This document shows, piece by piece, positions 38,576 through 52,892 of a stretch of 64,000 nucleotides of DNA. This stretch comes from Octopus vulgaris (Eukaryota), in assembly GCA_951406725.2 (NCBI GenBank), contig OX597827.1, forward strand, positions 79,174,001 through 79,238,000, in the 5' to 3' direction. The notes beneath the pieces were generated by a model. The model was given only the letters and a program-made list of their open reading frames with translations. It had not been told where the DNA came from and ran no database searches. The position numbers and the translations under genes were made by a program. The stretch's first letter is position 1. Every line of letters starts with the position of its first letter.

Positions 38576-39005
38576 CTGCATTGTTTAATCCTTCACTGTA
38601 GTTGTGTGTGATGGATGATGTGTATCCTGCTGTAGTGTTCTACTCCAACTGCTGCTGCTGCTGTTGTAGTGGTATTATAGCGGTACTGCTGCTGTTGTAG
38701 TAGTGTTCCTGTGTTACTGCAGCTGCTGCTGCTGCTGTTCCTGTGTAACTGCTGATATAATAGTGTGACAGTTGCTGTATGTAGTGGGAGGTGAGATGTT
38801 AGCCAGATGCTGGTGTGTGCTAGTTACAACTCTATGTCCTCCACACACACACACACAATTGTGTGTATGATGAACAAAGAAAAAGCTATCAGCCTCACTT
38901 TCAATATTGAAAGAAATATAGAAAATCTTTCTCATCCAATAGGAAATTACTGCAATGGTGTCTGTGTCACACAAACACATCAAACAAGAGAATTCATGTT
39001 ACACT
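38576..39005 (-). promoter_or_regulatory. Putative P4 promoter module plus 5' leader exon (donor 38576, CCAAT 38936-38940)
   Basis: Copy of 21982-22405. Confidence 0.65.
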
Positions 39006-39570
39006 GAAGCAGCTTGATAATTTACAGGGATATTATACTTAATATGGCTTTATTATATATTTAGTTTTAATAAAAAAAAAATTTCTATTCAAAATATATA
39101 ATTATATTTGTTTGTTTCAGCTAAGTTTTATAACTTTTAATATGAGATGATAATTCAATAATTTCTCAATTCCTAAAAAAACAAAAAAAAACAGAACTCA
39201 CTAAACTTCAGAGAAGTGATAAAAACTGTTTGACTATAATGAATTAAATAGACAAGAGATAAATTAATTAAATCCATTGCAAGATAACTAAAATCGATTA
39301 GTTCATACTTAGTAAAATATCTATACCAACACAAAGTAAAATTACTATTTTAGAATAATGTAGTAATAATATGGTAATGTAGAGTAAGGTGTTTGTAATG
39401 TTTAATGGATCAGAGATGTAAATTAAGGGTCATAATAGATGCCACTGTAAGGCCCGTTATGTGTGTGATGCGTGAAAGAAACATAGAGTTGATATTTGTA
39501 TATGAATATAAAGTATTGTATAAGATTTGGTGTGTGAGAGAATCCTTTAACAATAGTCATGGAACATCTA

Positions 39571-39650
39571 CTATGTTGGCTGTAGATAGGTATCTTGTAT
39601 TTGTTGTCCCTTTAGTATTGTGGCTGCAACTGGATTGTCATTGGTATATT
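39571..39650 (-). CDS. PCDH: P5 terminal coding exon
   Basis: Copy of 13755-13834. Confidence 0.8.
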
Positions 39651-39814
39651 CTGCAAAATATCAAATATACAAACACAAATTACATTTCAATATAACAACT
39701 CCAATATATAAAGATAGAAACATTGATCTTATATTACACTAAGCATAACATTATATATTGTCCTACAGTAATAAAGGCAATTACATTTATATGTTATGTT
39801 TTGATAAAAGTTAC

Positions 39815-39959
39815 CTGGTTCTGCAGGTATCTCATCATATGGTTTAGTCTTGCCATTACTCTTGCTAGCTTCTCTGTCCTTTTGGGATGTTAAGGTGTCA
39901 CTGTTGTAAGACATGATGGAACTGGTGCGACGTTCTTGACTATGGATTGAATCACATCT
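39815..39959 (-). CDS. PCDH: P5 cytoplasmic tail exon
   Basis: Intact acceptor and donor, 145 nt, open. Confidence 0.85.
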
Positions 39960-40595
39960 CTGTGGATTAGAAAAGAGAATAGAGTGAAGCATTATAGAAA
40001 AAGGAATCTTATATCAATACAAGTTTAGATCATTCCTAATTATTTGTTTGTATATAAAGTGTATTGCATTTCTATAATGAATATTGTAACTGTTTTGATA
40101 TCTGTAACATAATAAAAAATGATCAATTCAAATGGCGAAAGCTATACAAAAAAATTAACTAAAGACATAAAACATTATTTACATATGAGACTGAAGTTGA
40201 GTTTTGTGTAGTATGGATTGAATTACATCTCTAATGATAAGAAAACAGAGTGAAACATAATATAAAATAGAAGAAACATTAGCATTAATATTCTAGAATG
40301 TCCCTGGTATGACACAAAAATGGAATGCTTTTAAAATGAGCACAAAAATTATAATTAAACAATTCCTTGGTTAATTAACACAACTTGGAGTAGACAATAA
40401 ACAAGACAAAGATACAGGTTTAATGAAGTCCATGCAAATTTTAAATTCATTTCTTCTACAAAATGTAAAATTATGAAAGAGGAAGGCATAAGGAATGGAA
40501 TACAACATGAAAATAAACAAGATGTATAAAATATGTTTGCAGGAATATTGTAAAAAATATGATGCAACAACTGGATTGTTTCAAAATATATTTAC

Positions 40596-42992
40596 CTGAG
40601 GCACAGGTGGAAGTCTCCTCTGTGTTGTGGAGAATTTCCACTCATCTGGTGTCTGTTCCATCTCCAGAAAAAACTGACTTTTAGATTTTATTGTCTGAAG
40701 ATTTCGGTTAAATATCTCTTCTGCATTTCTCGTTATTGCAACAGGATTGTTAGTCTGATACAGTAATTGTCTCATCTCAGTCTGAGAGAGAAAGTTGGGA
40801 TTCTCTGCTGTTGTGGGTGAGTTATTTGTGTGATTAATACATCTGAAAACACACAGTGTTATTGACACTACAATAGCCACAGATAGTATTACAGCTGCTG
40901 CTACAATGATAATTACCCAAGTCATATTCAGGTCGTGACCAGACTGGAATGGCACAGCAGTCAACATTGGAGATGTATCATTACTAACAAACAGTGTTAG
41001 TATGATAGCAGTTGTTGCTGATTGAACTGGAGTACCACCGTCTTTCACTATAAACTGCAGTTCATATGTTCCTGCATCATTTTGGTAAACTGTGCGAGAG
41101 AAAGATAACACACCAGTGTGTGAGTTCACTGTAAACAGGTTTTTATCATTGGATCTCAGTATTCCATATGTGAGGAAAGCATTGTTTCCAGTGTCTTTGT
41201 CAGATGCTTTCAGAATTGTGATGTCCTTCTTACTGTGTGGATGGTAGTGGACATCAAGATTGTAAGGGTCATTATTAGGAAACGTAAAATATGGAGCATT
41301 ATCATTTTTATCTAGAATCTCAATAACAATGTTGGCAGTGTCATTGAGAGAAGGTGTTCCATTATCTTTCACTAAAACCTTGAACTTATAGATGTCTTTC
41401 ATTTCTCGATCTATTGATTGTGATGTAGAAATAAATCCATATTTGGTCAGTTGGAAAGGAATGTTATCATTGATGTTATCATTGATGATAGAATATGTAA
41501 GTTGGCCTCCATCTCCAAAATCAGGGTCTGTAGCATTGATGAAGCCAATAGGGAAGTCAACTTTCTGGTTTTCATAAGTGAGGAATTGGAATGTCTCTTT
41601 GGTAAAATGTGGTTCTACATCATTGACATCAGTTACTTTGACAGAGAAATATTTTTTACTTTCTAGTTGAGGTGACCCCATGTCATGACACACAACAGAT
41701 ACTTTATAGTGGTCCCTTATTTCTCTGTCAAGATGGCCCTTAACAATCATTTTATATTCTTTAGAATCTATTTTGGCAAGTTTAAATTTATCATGTTTTA
41801 AATCACAGATAACCTCACCATTAGGTCCACTATCAGTGTCAGTGACCATAACATAAGCTATAAAACTATCTACTTCACTGTCTTCAGAAACTGCTGCTGA
41901 ACTCTCAGTTAAAGGAGATACAAAATCTATATTTATCAATGGAGCATTATTCTGATTATTAATAATGTAAATCTGAACTTTTGTGACTGATTTTAAAGGT
42001 GGATTGCCTCCATCTCTGGCTTCTATAAATAACTTATAAGATTGCTTTTTACTAAATTGAAAATTGTCATGTAAAAATAGATCTCCTGTTTTCTTATCTA
42101 AAACAAAATATTTCTGGATATTTCGAGATGTTTTATGGTTGAAATGGTAAGAAATCTTTCCATTTTGTCCAGAATCTTGATCTGTGGCTTTTAAAGTAAG
42201 AATTGGTAAATGTCTTTGATGTGAATTACTTATAGAGATGTTGTAGAGTTTCTGTGAAAATACAGGTGTATTATCATTGACATCTGTTACAGATATGTGT
42301 ACCTTGAGTGAAGCTGTGTTGGGAGGGTTTCCTCCATCTTTAGCTTCCAGGGTTAACATATATGAATCTTGTACTTCCCTGTCTAATTTTTCTTCTAAAG
42401 TCAGAGTAGGTATGAAAACACCATCATGTTTTGTGACAGAGAGAGAAAATGGTTCTCTTCTACTTTTGTTTATCATATATGTAATTTGAGAATTCTTTGT
42501 GGAAATATCTTCATCAACGGCATTTGGAAGGGTTATTTTATCTCCTTTAGTATCTCTTTCTAAAAATTGAATTGTGACTTCATTCTGTGGAAATTCTGGT
42601 GAATGGTCATTGATGTCTTCTATCAATATTTTTATCCTTAAAATTTTCATAAATGTTTCTTCTTTCCTCACTGCTACTTTAAATATTCTGGAACATTCCT
42701 TGTTGTATGTACACAGAGACTCAGCATCCAGTGTTTGAGTAGTGTATAGTTTTCCTGAGTTGGTGACATTAAATAAGTGAGAACCACTCTCGACTGTCCT
42801 TTGTAGTTGTGTAAATGTAATGAGAGTGTGTTGTTGATGTGTGAGAGGGTGTGATAAGTTAGAGTCAACAGCAATGTCTCCTATATAGGTGTGAGGTCTG
42901 CCTTCTTCCTTGACATGGTATGCAATATCTATGGACAGTACAAGGGTGATCAGTAAAGGTAGAAGACACAGTAGACCAATATATGCTGTCAT
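40596..42992 (-). CDS. PCDH: Protocadherin P5, large coding exon (799 codons)
   Basis: Intact ORF; donor at 40596; acceptor at 43030. Confidence 0.95.
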
Positions 42993-43124
42993 GTCTGGAA
43001 TTCTTCATCACATTTCAGCAGGAGAAATTGCTACAAAAGAAAAGAGGAATATTTAAAGTGTGTGTAAAATTACATCATGAAATAATAGCCTGTGTGTAAA
43101 CGTTATATATATATATATATATAT

Positions 43125-43162
<38 letters not shown>

Positions 43163-43949
43163 CAGGACAATCCATTAAATCTAATAAGAAAAATGGAAAA
43201 TGTATACCGCTTATGATGTGACAGAGTTATCTCCCCGGACTATATGAATACCTTGATGCGTAAGATGGCCGTTAAAATGCATTTCTGGATGTATAAGTTG
43301 CTTTTGAATATCATACAAGCCTGCTGAGATATACGCAACCTCTATGATATAATTAATACTTTGCAATACTATTTGCTGGAATGAGGTTATTACATGGTTG
43401 CCTTTTTAGCAAGTAAATACACTTTGTACTCTTCAGGGACAGGAGAGGCAGATTATTGTGAATGCTGTTCCCTGTTGAAGAATGTCCTACTTGACATAGA
43501 CTAAGCATTGGCGAGGTCAGAGTTAGAGCCATACTGGCTCAGAGACTCAGAACCATTTAAAGAAGTAAGATACAGGAATTGAAGAAGTCCCTGACCAGTC
43601 GTGGGTTGAGAGTTCTAACTGACACATAGGAAGGTCAAGTAGACAAAGACTTATACCATTGAAGACAAATGGGATAACCTGGTGATGGTTACTGCCTGAA
43701 TCTATAGCTGGGAGCAGATGGGGGACGACATGGTGCTGAAATAGTCCTCAGGACAGAGTAAAAAACTATTGGAGGCAGGTTTGTAAAGATTGAAAGAAAG
43801 AGGGCAGCAAATAATAATAATACCAATGAACTAGAAGAGCTGTTAGACATGTAGTAGATTTCGTGACCTTCCTTCACCAGATTTAGCAAGGAAGAATCAA
43901 TAAGTGGTTTACACATGTGTGACATGAAGATTGGAAGTGTTTAGAATGT

Positions 43950-44785
43950 TATGGATTGCAAAGCAGTGTATAAGAAAGAATCAAGAGACCATTGGGGAGG
44001 AGTGAATATGGAGGGATACACTTGTCTTTGATGACACCAAAATAAGAGACATGGAAGTACTTTAATGAAAGGAAGATGTATGGGTGAGAGAGGGAAGGTC
44101 TACCCTAAGTAGACCTGTCACAGGGACTAGCTCTTAAAAATGTCAAGTGTAGTAAGGTGTCAAGTGCAGTTAAGGATATGAAAGATGGGAAAGTAGCGGA
44201 TCCATCAGTGACAGATGCTGAGTTACTTAAAATATATGGTGAAATAGAGTAGATGTGAGTCACTTGCATTAGACAGTCAAGTAGTACAAGAAGGCATCAT
44301 ACAGCAGTTTCATTATTTATTGTTACAAAGACAAAGGTGATGCACTAAAATAGGGGAAACTTCAGAAACTTTAGCTTGTTGGATTAAATTATGAAGGTTA
44401 TGGAAAGTGTTACATTACAGTTGATTAGGAATAGATTTAGCCTGGAAGAGATGCATTTATGCTTTGCACTGGGAAGAAGCTGTACTGAAGCCATTTTCAA
44501 GTGAGATGACTGCAGGAGAAAGTACTTAGCTAGGAGTCAGCCCCTATACCCTGTATTCATTGACGTAGAAAAGGCCCTTTACAGGGTCCTTCATTCTATA
44601 GTCTGGTGGTTGCTAAGGAAGCTGCATGGCCTGTGAAAGCCTATAGAGGCTTTGTATAGAGACACAATTAGCAACATGAGAAATAGCAATGAGTTCAGTG
44701 ATGAATTGAGCGTTGAGAGAAGGGGTCCATGACGGCTTGGTTTTGGTCTCCACCTGTTTAGTGCAGTGCTCCAGGCCATAACAGA
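43950..44785 (+). mobile_element. Highly degenerate RTE-clade LINE fragment
   Basis: YKDKGDALK*GNFRNF, EEMHLCFALGRSCTEAIF, LQEKYLA, IDVEKA; similar to 18170-18550. Confidence 0.7.
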
Positions 44786-45599
44786 ATTGTGTAATGAACA
44801 ATGGTATTTGATCTGTCTGTAATCACTTCACCATCATCTTTCTATCTCTCTACATTTCTTCCATCATGATTCATATATTATAAGGGATGGCATCAAATTG
44901 ACACATTTCCAGTATCTCTATACCATTACCCTTCTTTACACCTAACCATCATTATCTCTCCTTCACATAACTCTCCAGTGATATCTATGACTTTCACCAT
45001 CACCTATATTTATTGCTACCTTATCATACAACTCATCATTTAAGCTCCTTACCAACAACAAACATATAGCTGTCACTGTCTCCTTCCCTGGTATTCTCTG
45101 TATTTCCCTCATCACATTTATACACATACTCTCCTGTTACTCTCTTGGTCATCCCTCACTTCTATCAACCTTCTCAGTCAGGTTTCTTTGGAAGAACAAT
45201 AGAATAGTAAAAAATTCCTTAGTTTTGCAGGGAACAAGGCAACAGTAACATCCACTCTGTACAATGGTTTGTAAAGAAGCACATAAAGCCATAGAAACTC
45301 TGTCAAAAAGCTTCTGCTCACCTTGCAACTATCAGGCTTCATCAAGAAAATCTTTCCCAGATCTGCACTCTCATGTGGAGTTGTTTGGTTAATCTTGACT
45401 GATGGAGGCCCAATAAAATATCTCACATAGCTGTAACAATACTAGATTTTTTGGAGGGATATACAATTGCTAGAATTGACAGCTATAAAGCAATTGGTAG
45501 TTATATGAGTCTGATTTAAAACAAGCACTTGTTTAATGGCCACTGAAAGGATGGAAAATAAGGCTGACTGTCCATCAGTCATAGAAGGCTACAGTTTAT

Positions 45600-46450
45600 T
45601 TATAGGGATCACAAAAGCAATGCTATGAAGAAGTTGAAAGAAGGGGAAATAAACATTGAAGATAAACCATGCAGTAGGGGACAACTGGTGCACATCTGCA
45701 GTGAGTGGACGACTTGATTCACAGAAACAAGTCACAAACCATGAAGTTACTGCACATCTGGACTGTGACTACAATACATCAAAGAAGATTGTAGAAGATT
45801 TTGGGTATCAGAAAGCATGTGTGAAATGGGTACTTTGCCAGGTGAGAAGGGTGAAAATCAGCTCTGATCAACTGGAAACATTTGAAGCCGATGAAGACAT
45901 GTTTTTCGTGATCTGCTGATAGGAGATGAAACGTGGGTTTATCTTTATGATCCAGAACCAGAGACCCAGTCGATGGAATGGTGTCATAACTTTTATCCAA
46001 GACCTAAGAAGTTCAAGAGTCAGGGATTGGCAGATGAGGTAATGGGGGCTGTTTTGGGAATGACAAGGACATTATTCTCCTTGATTTCCTGGAATGTGGC
46101 TGAACCATGAACAACTGGGACACACAAGGGGCTTAAAGAAAGCATTAAGAGGAAGAGGTTGAACATGAAGCTGTAATCATCCTGACAATGTGTGACCACA
46201 TGTATCTTTGGCAATAAATCAGGCAATCAACGAAATTAAGCTGGTCACTGGTTCCCCATCCACCGTACAGTCTGCATCTGGCACCATTCACCTTCCACTC
46301 GTTCAGCCCAATGAAGGACAATATTTTCAGGGACAATATTTGATGACACAGACAAAGTAAAATTGGAAGAAATAGGAACAACAGTGCACACCTAAATTTT
46401 TACAAAAAGGGGCAGATGAAAGTTTGGTTCAATAATGGTTCAAATACATA
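45600..46450 (+). mobile_element. Mariner-type transposase remnant
   Basis: GYQKACVKWVLC (WVPR-like), GDETWVYLYDPEPETQSMEW, HPPYSLHLAPFTFHSF (YSPDLAPSDF-like). Confidence 0.85.
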
Positions 46451-47086
46451 GCTTTTTTTGTTGAATAGTACCTTTGTATAGAATAACTACTGAACTATGC
46501 ATATCCTTTGCCAGGGATTATCCTAGAAACTTAACAAACGGAACTGCTAACTGACATTACATTTTACCTAGGATTTTATTAAATTTTCGATCATGGAAGT
46601 ACAAAACACAGCTATCTTTCACCCTGGAAATTTCTTGGTTTCTTGAAGAACTGGTAACTAATAACAACCTCGATTGATAGATTTCTATATTTTCTTTTTC
46701 TTTCTCTGATGATGGAACACCTGACATATACGGAATTCTTTACTCAATAACATCTGATCCAAATGCTTAGCTTTCTAGAAACAGCTGCGAGAGACTTTAC
46801 ATATTTATTATAACTAATCTGCACAGTGTTTATATTATCAATTACAAATTAAATGCTTTGAATGATGTCAAATATTTTACTTGTTCATTGTCTGTTACAA
46901 TATGTAAATTATTCAGTCATTCCAGAAGTATGGAGCCGGACTCCATTAGGGGCCTGTGAAACTTGAAGTAGCACAGAAACTAAATCAAACTGCTATAAAT
47001 AATACATGTAACTCCTACTAAATGTGTTGAGAACCCCTTTTCGTTCATTTGTCCACTCACTTACGTATATATATATATATGTGTGT

Positions 47087-47124
<38 letters not shown>

Positions 47125-47129
47125 ATTTA

Positions 47130-47355
47130 TACATATCGTGGCCGTTTGCCAGCCTCGTCTGACACCTGTGCTGGTGGCACGTAAAAAGCACCCACTACAC
47201 TCACGGAGTGGTTGGCATTAGGAAGGGCATCCAGCTGTAGAAACCCTGCCAGATCAGACTGGGCCTGGTGCAACCTTCTGGCTTCCCAGACCCCAGTTGA
47301 ACCGTCCAACCCATGCTAGCATGGAAAGCGGACGTTAAACGATGATGATGATGAT
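47130..47355 (+). mobile_element. (GAT)n-tailed SINE-like repeat, well preserved
   Basis: gtggttggcattaggaagggcatccagctgtagaaacc...gcggacgttaaacgatgatgatg. Confidence 0.8.
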
Positions 47356-48203
47356 ACACACACATTACATATATGCGTGTAAGGTAGGAGCAATGTCTAC
47401 GATCACCATAAAGACTTCCAGACAGCCTAGACTCATGTGCATGAATGCAAACTGGGCTTTCTTGGGGTAAAGTAGTGCAGGAACACAAGTACAAAGGGTT
47501 GAAGTTGTTGGTTAGAAATATCAAAAACAAAATGAAATGATTAATGCAAGATTAGGCTGGGTTGAGATAAAGTAGGAGCAACAAAAGAAGAGGGAACAGC
47601 GTATCAGATGGGCTCTGTTAGAGTTGGAATGCAGTATGTTAATCCACAGGAAGAAAAAAAACCATTTCAATAATGGGAACATGGCTATAGATATGTCGGT
47701 GTGCTTGTGAATAGTACTGTAAATAGGGATGTATATAAGGATGGCCTAGAGATAACACTGAAGTAGTTGCCTTTGGGATACAATTTTGGTAAGGTTATAA
47801 TATGGTTGTGGAGAGAGAAAGAGAGAGAGAGAGAGGGAGAGAGGAATGTAAATACAAGTTGTAATACAGTGAAATGAAAGTAGACTGTCAATCCAATTAA
47901 TACAAAACAGTTGCAGTAATATTAAGAACATAAAGAAAATAGTTTATAAAAAAATGGAAAAATATTTTGCAATGATATATATTCTAAGTATATAGATATT
48001 GATTGTAAAATGATTCAATGAATGTTGCTGATTAAAACAGAAAATCTTCAAATAGAAATTTGTTTCAAAAAACAATTATGAAATTAATTGAATTTTTTTT
48101 GCAAATTAATTGTAAGTAAAACAATGTAAATCATGTTTATATTAATAGTGACAAACATTTGCACTTTATTACATACAAAGGAATATATAATGGATACTTA
48201 ACA

Positions 48204-48238
<35 letters not shown>

Positions 48239-48760
48239 CATACACACATAAGGATATTAATGATTTCTAAGAGTTCATTAAAGCAAGAGAAATATAAGAA
48301 TTTAATTAGTGAATTATTATGGCAAAATCCTTATATATTATATATATATAGATAGACGTCTGACAGTTAAACATATATATATATGTATCTACACACATAG
48401 TTTGTACTATGTAACATCAGCATTGAGTACATAATATAATATACTGTAATTCTTCCTATCTCTCTCTCCCTCCCTGTATATATATACATGTGTGTGTGTG
48501 TGTGATTCAAAGACGTAATCCAGTTCAAAGTAATTGTATTACAATTATTACTGCAGTTATTGTTTTTGTTGTTGTTAATGGTGGAAGTGATGGCTAGATC
48601 TCTCGATCCTCCACTGTCCCAGTCCCTGTATATATACAACATGGCAGACATTTTAGATATTATCCTTACCCTGTCTTTCATTAGAAACACAAATAATATA
48701 AATGTTATAATGAATATGAAAAGATAATAAAGAGAGAGAGAGAGAGAGAGAGAGACTTAC

Positions 48761-49185
48761 CTGCATTGTTTAATCCTTCACTGTAGTTGTGTGTGATGGA
48801 TGATGTGTATCCTGCTGTACTGTTCCACTCTAACTGCTGCTGCTACTGCTGTAGTGGTATTATAGTGGTATACTGCTGCTGTTGTAGTAGTGTTCCTGTG
48901 TTACTGCTGCTGCTGTTCCTGTGTAACTGCTGATATAATAGTGTGACAGTTGCTGTATGTAGTGGGAGGTGAGATGTTAGCCAGATGCTGGTGTGTGCTA
49001 GTTACAACTCTATGTCCTCCACACACACACACACAATTGTGTGTATGATGAACAAAGAAAAAAGCTATCAGCCTCACTTTCAATATTGAAAGAAATATAG
49101 AAAATCTCTCTCATCCAATAGGAAATTACTGCAATGTTGTCTGTGTCACACAAACACATCAAATAAGAGAATTCATGTTACACTG
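48761..49185 (-). promoter_or_regulatory. Putative P5 promoter module plus 5' leader exon (donor 48761, CCAAT 49115-49119)
   Basis: Copy of 21982-22405. Confidence 0.65.
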
Positions 49186-49744
49186 ACGCAGCTTGATAAT
49201 TTACAGGGATATTATACTTAATATGACTTTATTACATACTTAGTCTTAAAAAGGAATTTCTATTAAAAAATTTATAATTATATTTTTCGTTTCAGCTGAG
49301 TTTTATAACATTTAATATGAGATGATAATTCATTAATTTCTCAATTCCTATAACGAAAAAAAACAAATAAAAAACTGACTAAACTTCAGAGAAGTGATAG
49401 AAAATGTTTGACTGTAATGAATTAAATATACAAGAGATAAATTAATTAAATCCATTGTAAGATAACTAAAATTAATTGGTTTATACTTAAGTAAAATATC
49501 TGTACCAACATAGAGTAATATTACTATTTTATAATAATGTCAAGTATGGTAATGTAGAGTAAGGTGTTTGTAATATTTACTAAATCAAAGACGTAAATTA
49601 GGGGTCATAATAAATGCCACTGCAAGGCCCTTTTATGTGTGATGTGTGAAAGAAACATAGAGTTGAGATTTTTATATGAATATAAAGTATTGTATAAGAT
49701 TTGGTGTGTGAGAGAATCATTTAACAATAGTCATGGAACATCTA

Positions 49745-49824
49745 CTATGTTGGCTGTAGATAGGTATCTTGTATTTGTTGTCCCTTTAGTATTGTGGCTG
49801 CAACTGGATTGTCATTGGTATATT
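49745..49824 (-). CDS. PCDH: P6 terminal coding exon
   Basis: Copy of 13755-13834. Confidence 0.8.
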
Positions 49825-49988
49825 CTGCAAAATATCAAATATACAAACACAAATTACATTTCAATATAACAACTCCAATATATAAAGATAGAAACATTGA
49901 TCTTGTATTACACTAAGCATAACATTATATATTGTCCTACAGTAATAAAGGCAATTACATTTATATGTTATGTTTTGATAAAAGTTAC

Positions 49989-50133
49989 CTGGTTCTGCAG
50001 GTATCTCATCATATGGTTTAGTCTTGCCATTACTCTTGCTAGCTTCTATGTCCTTTCGGGATGTTAAGGTGTCACTGTTGTAAGACATGATGGAACTGGT
50101 GCGACGTTCTTGACTATGGATTGAATCACATCT
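49989..50133 (-). CDS. PCDH: P6 cytoplasmic tail exon
   Basis: Intact acceptor and donor, 145 nt; TSRKDIEA variant. Confidence 0.85.
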
Positions 50134-50318
50134 CTGTGGATTATAGAAAAAGGAATCTTATATCAATACAAGTTTAGATCACTCCTAATAAAACAGTCTG
50201 AGGGACTGAAGTTGAGTTCTTTGTAGTTATAACTGTACATAGATGAATAATGGATAAAATACTTCTACCTTCATAATAATAAGCAAAAAAAACATCAATT
50301 ATCCAAAATAATATTTAC

Positions 50319-52715
50319 CTGAGGCACAGGTGGAAGTCTCCTTTGTGTTGTTGAGAATTTCCACTCATCTGGTGTCTGTTCCATCTCCAGAAAAAACTGA
50401 CTTTTAGATTTTATTGTCTGAAGATTTCGGTTAAATATCTCTTCTGCATTTCTCGTTATTGCAACAGGATTGTTAGTCTGATACAGTAATTGTCTCATCT
50501 CAGTCTGAGAGAGAAAGTTGGGATTCTCTGCTGTTGTGGGTGAGTTATTTGTGTGATTAATACATCTGAAAACACACAGTGTTATGGACACTACAATAGC
50601 CACAGATAGTATTACAGCTGCTGCTACAATGATAATTACCCAAGTCATATTCAGGTCGTGACCAGACTGGAATGGCACAGCAGTCAACATTGGAGAAGTA
50701 TCATTACTAACAAACAGTGTTAGTATGATAGCAGTTGTTGCTGATTGAACTGGAGTACCACCGTCTTTCACTATAAACTGCAGCTCATATGTTCCTGCAT
50801 CATTTTGGTAAACTGTGCGAGAGAAAGATAACACACCAGTGTGTGAGTTCACAGTAAACAGGTTTTTATCATTGGATCTCAGTATTCCATATGTGAGGAA
50901 AGCATTGTTTCCAGTGTCTTTGTCAGATGCTCTCAGAATTGTGATGTCCTTCTTACTGTGTGGATGGTAGTGGACATCGAGATTGTAAGGGTCATTATTA
51001 GGAAACGTAAAATACGGAGCATTATCATTTTTATCTAGAATCTCAATAACAATATTGGCAGTGTCATTGAGAGAAGGTGTTCCATTATCTTTCACTAAAA
51101 CCTTGAACTTATAGATGTCTTTCATTTCTCGATCTATTGGTTGTGATGTAGAAATAAATCCATATTTGGTCAGTTGGAAAGGAATGTTATCATTGTTGTT
51201 ATCATTGATGATAGAATATGTAAGTTGGCCTCCATCTCCAAGATCAGGGTCTGTAGCATTGATGAAGCCAATAGGGAAGTCAACTTTCTGGTTTTCATAG
51301 GTGAGGAATTGGAATGTCTCTTTGGTAAAATGTGGTTCTACATCATTGACATCAGTTACTTTGACAGAGAAATATTTTTTACCTTCTAGTTGAGGTGACC
51401 CCATGTCATGACACACAATAGATACTTTATAGTGGTCCCTTATTTCTCTGTCAAGAGGGCCCTTAACAATCATTTTATATTCTTTAGAATCTATTTTGGC
51501 AAGTTTAAACTTATCATGTTTTAAATCACAGATAACCTCACCATTAGGTCCACTATCATTGTCAGTGACCATAACATAAGCTATAAAACTATCTACTTCA
51601 CTGTCTTCAGAAACTGCTGCTGAACTCTCTGATAAAGGAGATACGAAATCTATGTTTATCAATGGAGCAGTATTTTGGTTATTAATAAGGTAAATCTGGA
51701 CTTTTGTGACTGATTTTAGAGGTGGATTTCCTCCATCTCTAGCTTCTATAAATAACTTATAAGACTGCTTTTTACTAAAATGAAAATTGTCATGTAAAAA
51801 TAAATCTCCGGTGTTCTTATTTATTACAAAATATTTCTGGACATTTCGAGATGTTTTATGGTTGAAATGGTAAGAAATCTTTCCATTGTCTCCAGAATCT
51901 TTATCTGTGGCTTTTAAAGTAAGAATTGGTAAATGTCTTTGATGTGAATTACTTACAGAGATGTTGTAGTGTTTCTGAGAAAATACAGGTGTATTATCAT
52001 TGACATCTATAACAGATATGTGTACCTTGAGAGTAGCTGTTTTGGGAGGGTTCCCTCCATCTTTAGCTTCCAGGGTTAACATATATGAGTCTTGTACTTC
52101 CCTGTCTAATTTTTCTTGCAAAGTCAGAGTAGGTATGAAAATACCATCCTGTTTTGTGACAGAGAGAGAAAATGGTTCTCTCCTACTTTTGTTTATCATA
52201 TATGTAATTTGGGAATTCTTTGTTGAAATATCTTCATCAATGGCATTTGGAAGGGTTATTTTATCTCCTTTAGTATCTCTTTCTAGAAATTCAATTTCAA
52301 CTTCATTCTGTGGAAATTCTGGTGAATGGTCATTGATATCCTGTATCAATATTTTTATTTTAAGAATTTTCATAAAAGTTTTTCCTTTCCTCACTGCTAC
52401 TTTAACTATTCTGGAACATTCCTTGTTGTATGTACACAGAGACTCAGCATCCAGTGTCTGAGTAGTGTATAGTTTTCCTGAGTTGGTGACATTAAATAAG
52501 TGAGAACCACTCTCGACTGTCCTTTGTAGTTGTGTAAATGTAATGAGAGTGTGTTGTTGATGTGTGAGAGGGTGTGATAAGTTGGAGTCAACAGCAATGT
52601 CCCCTATATAGGTGTGAGGTCTGTCTTCTTCCTTGACATGGTATGTAATATCTATGGACAGTGCAAGGGTGATCAGTAAATGTAGAAGACACAGTAGACC
52701 AATATATGCTGTCAT
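50319..52715 (-). CDS. PCDH: Protocadherin P6, large coding exon (799 codons)
   Basis: Intact ORF; donor at 50319; acceptor at 52753. Confidence 0.95.
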
Positions 52716-52839
52716 GTCTGGAATTCTTCATCACACATTAGCAGGAGAAATTGCTACAAAAGAAAAGAGGAATATTGAAAGTCTATGTAAAATTACTTCA
52801 TGAAATAATAGCCTATGTGTAAACGTTATATATATATAT

Positions 52840-52892
<53 letters not shown>

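Larger units (their letters stand above)
43000..51560. repeat. Recent tandem segmental duplication, copy A (partner ~52720-61140; offset ~9.6-9.7 kb)
   Basis: Intronic sequence nearly identical, e.g. incidental ORFs 43689/53410, 45178/54899, 46020/55741. Confidence 0.9.
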
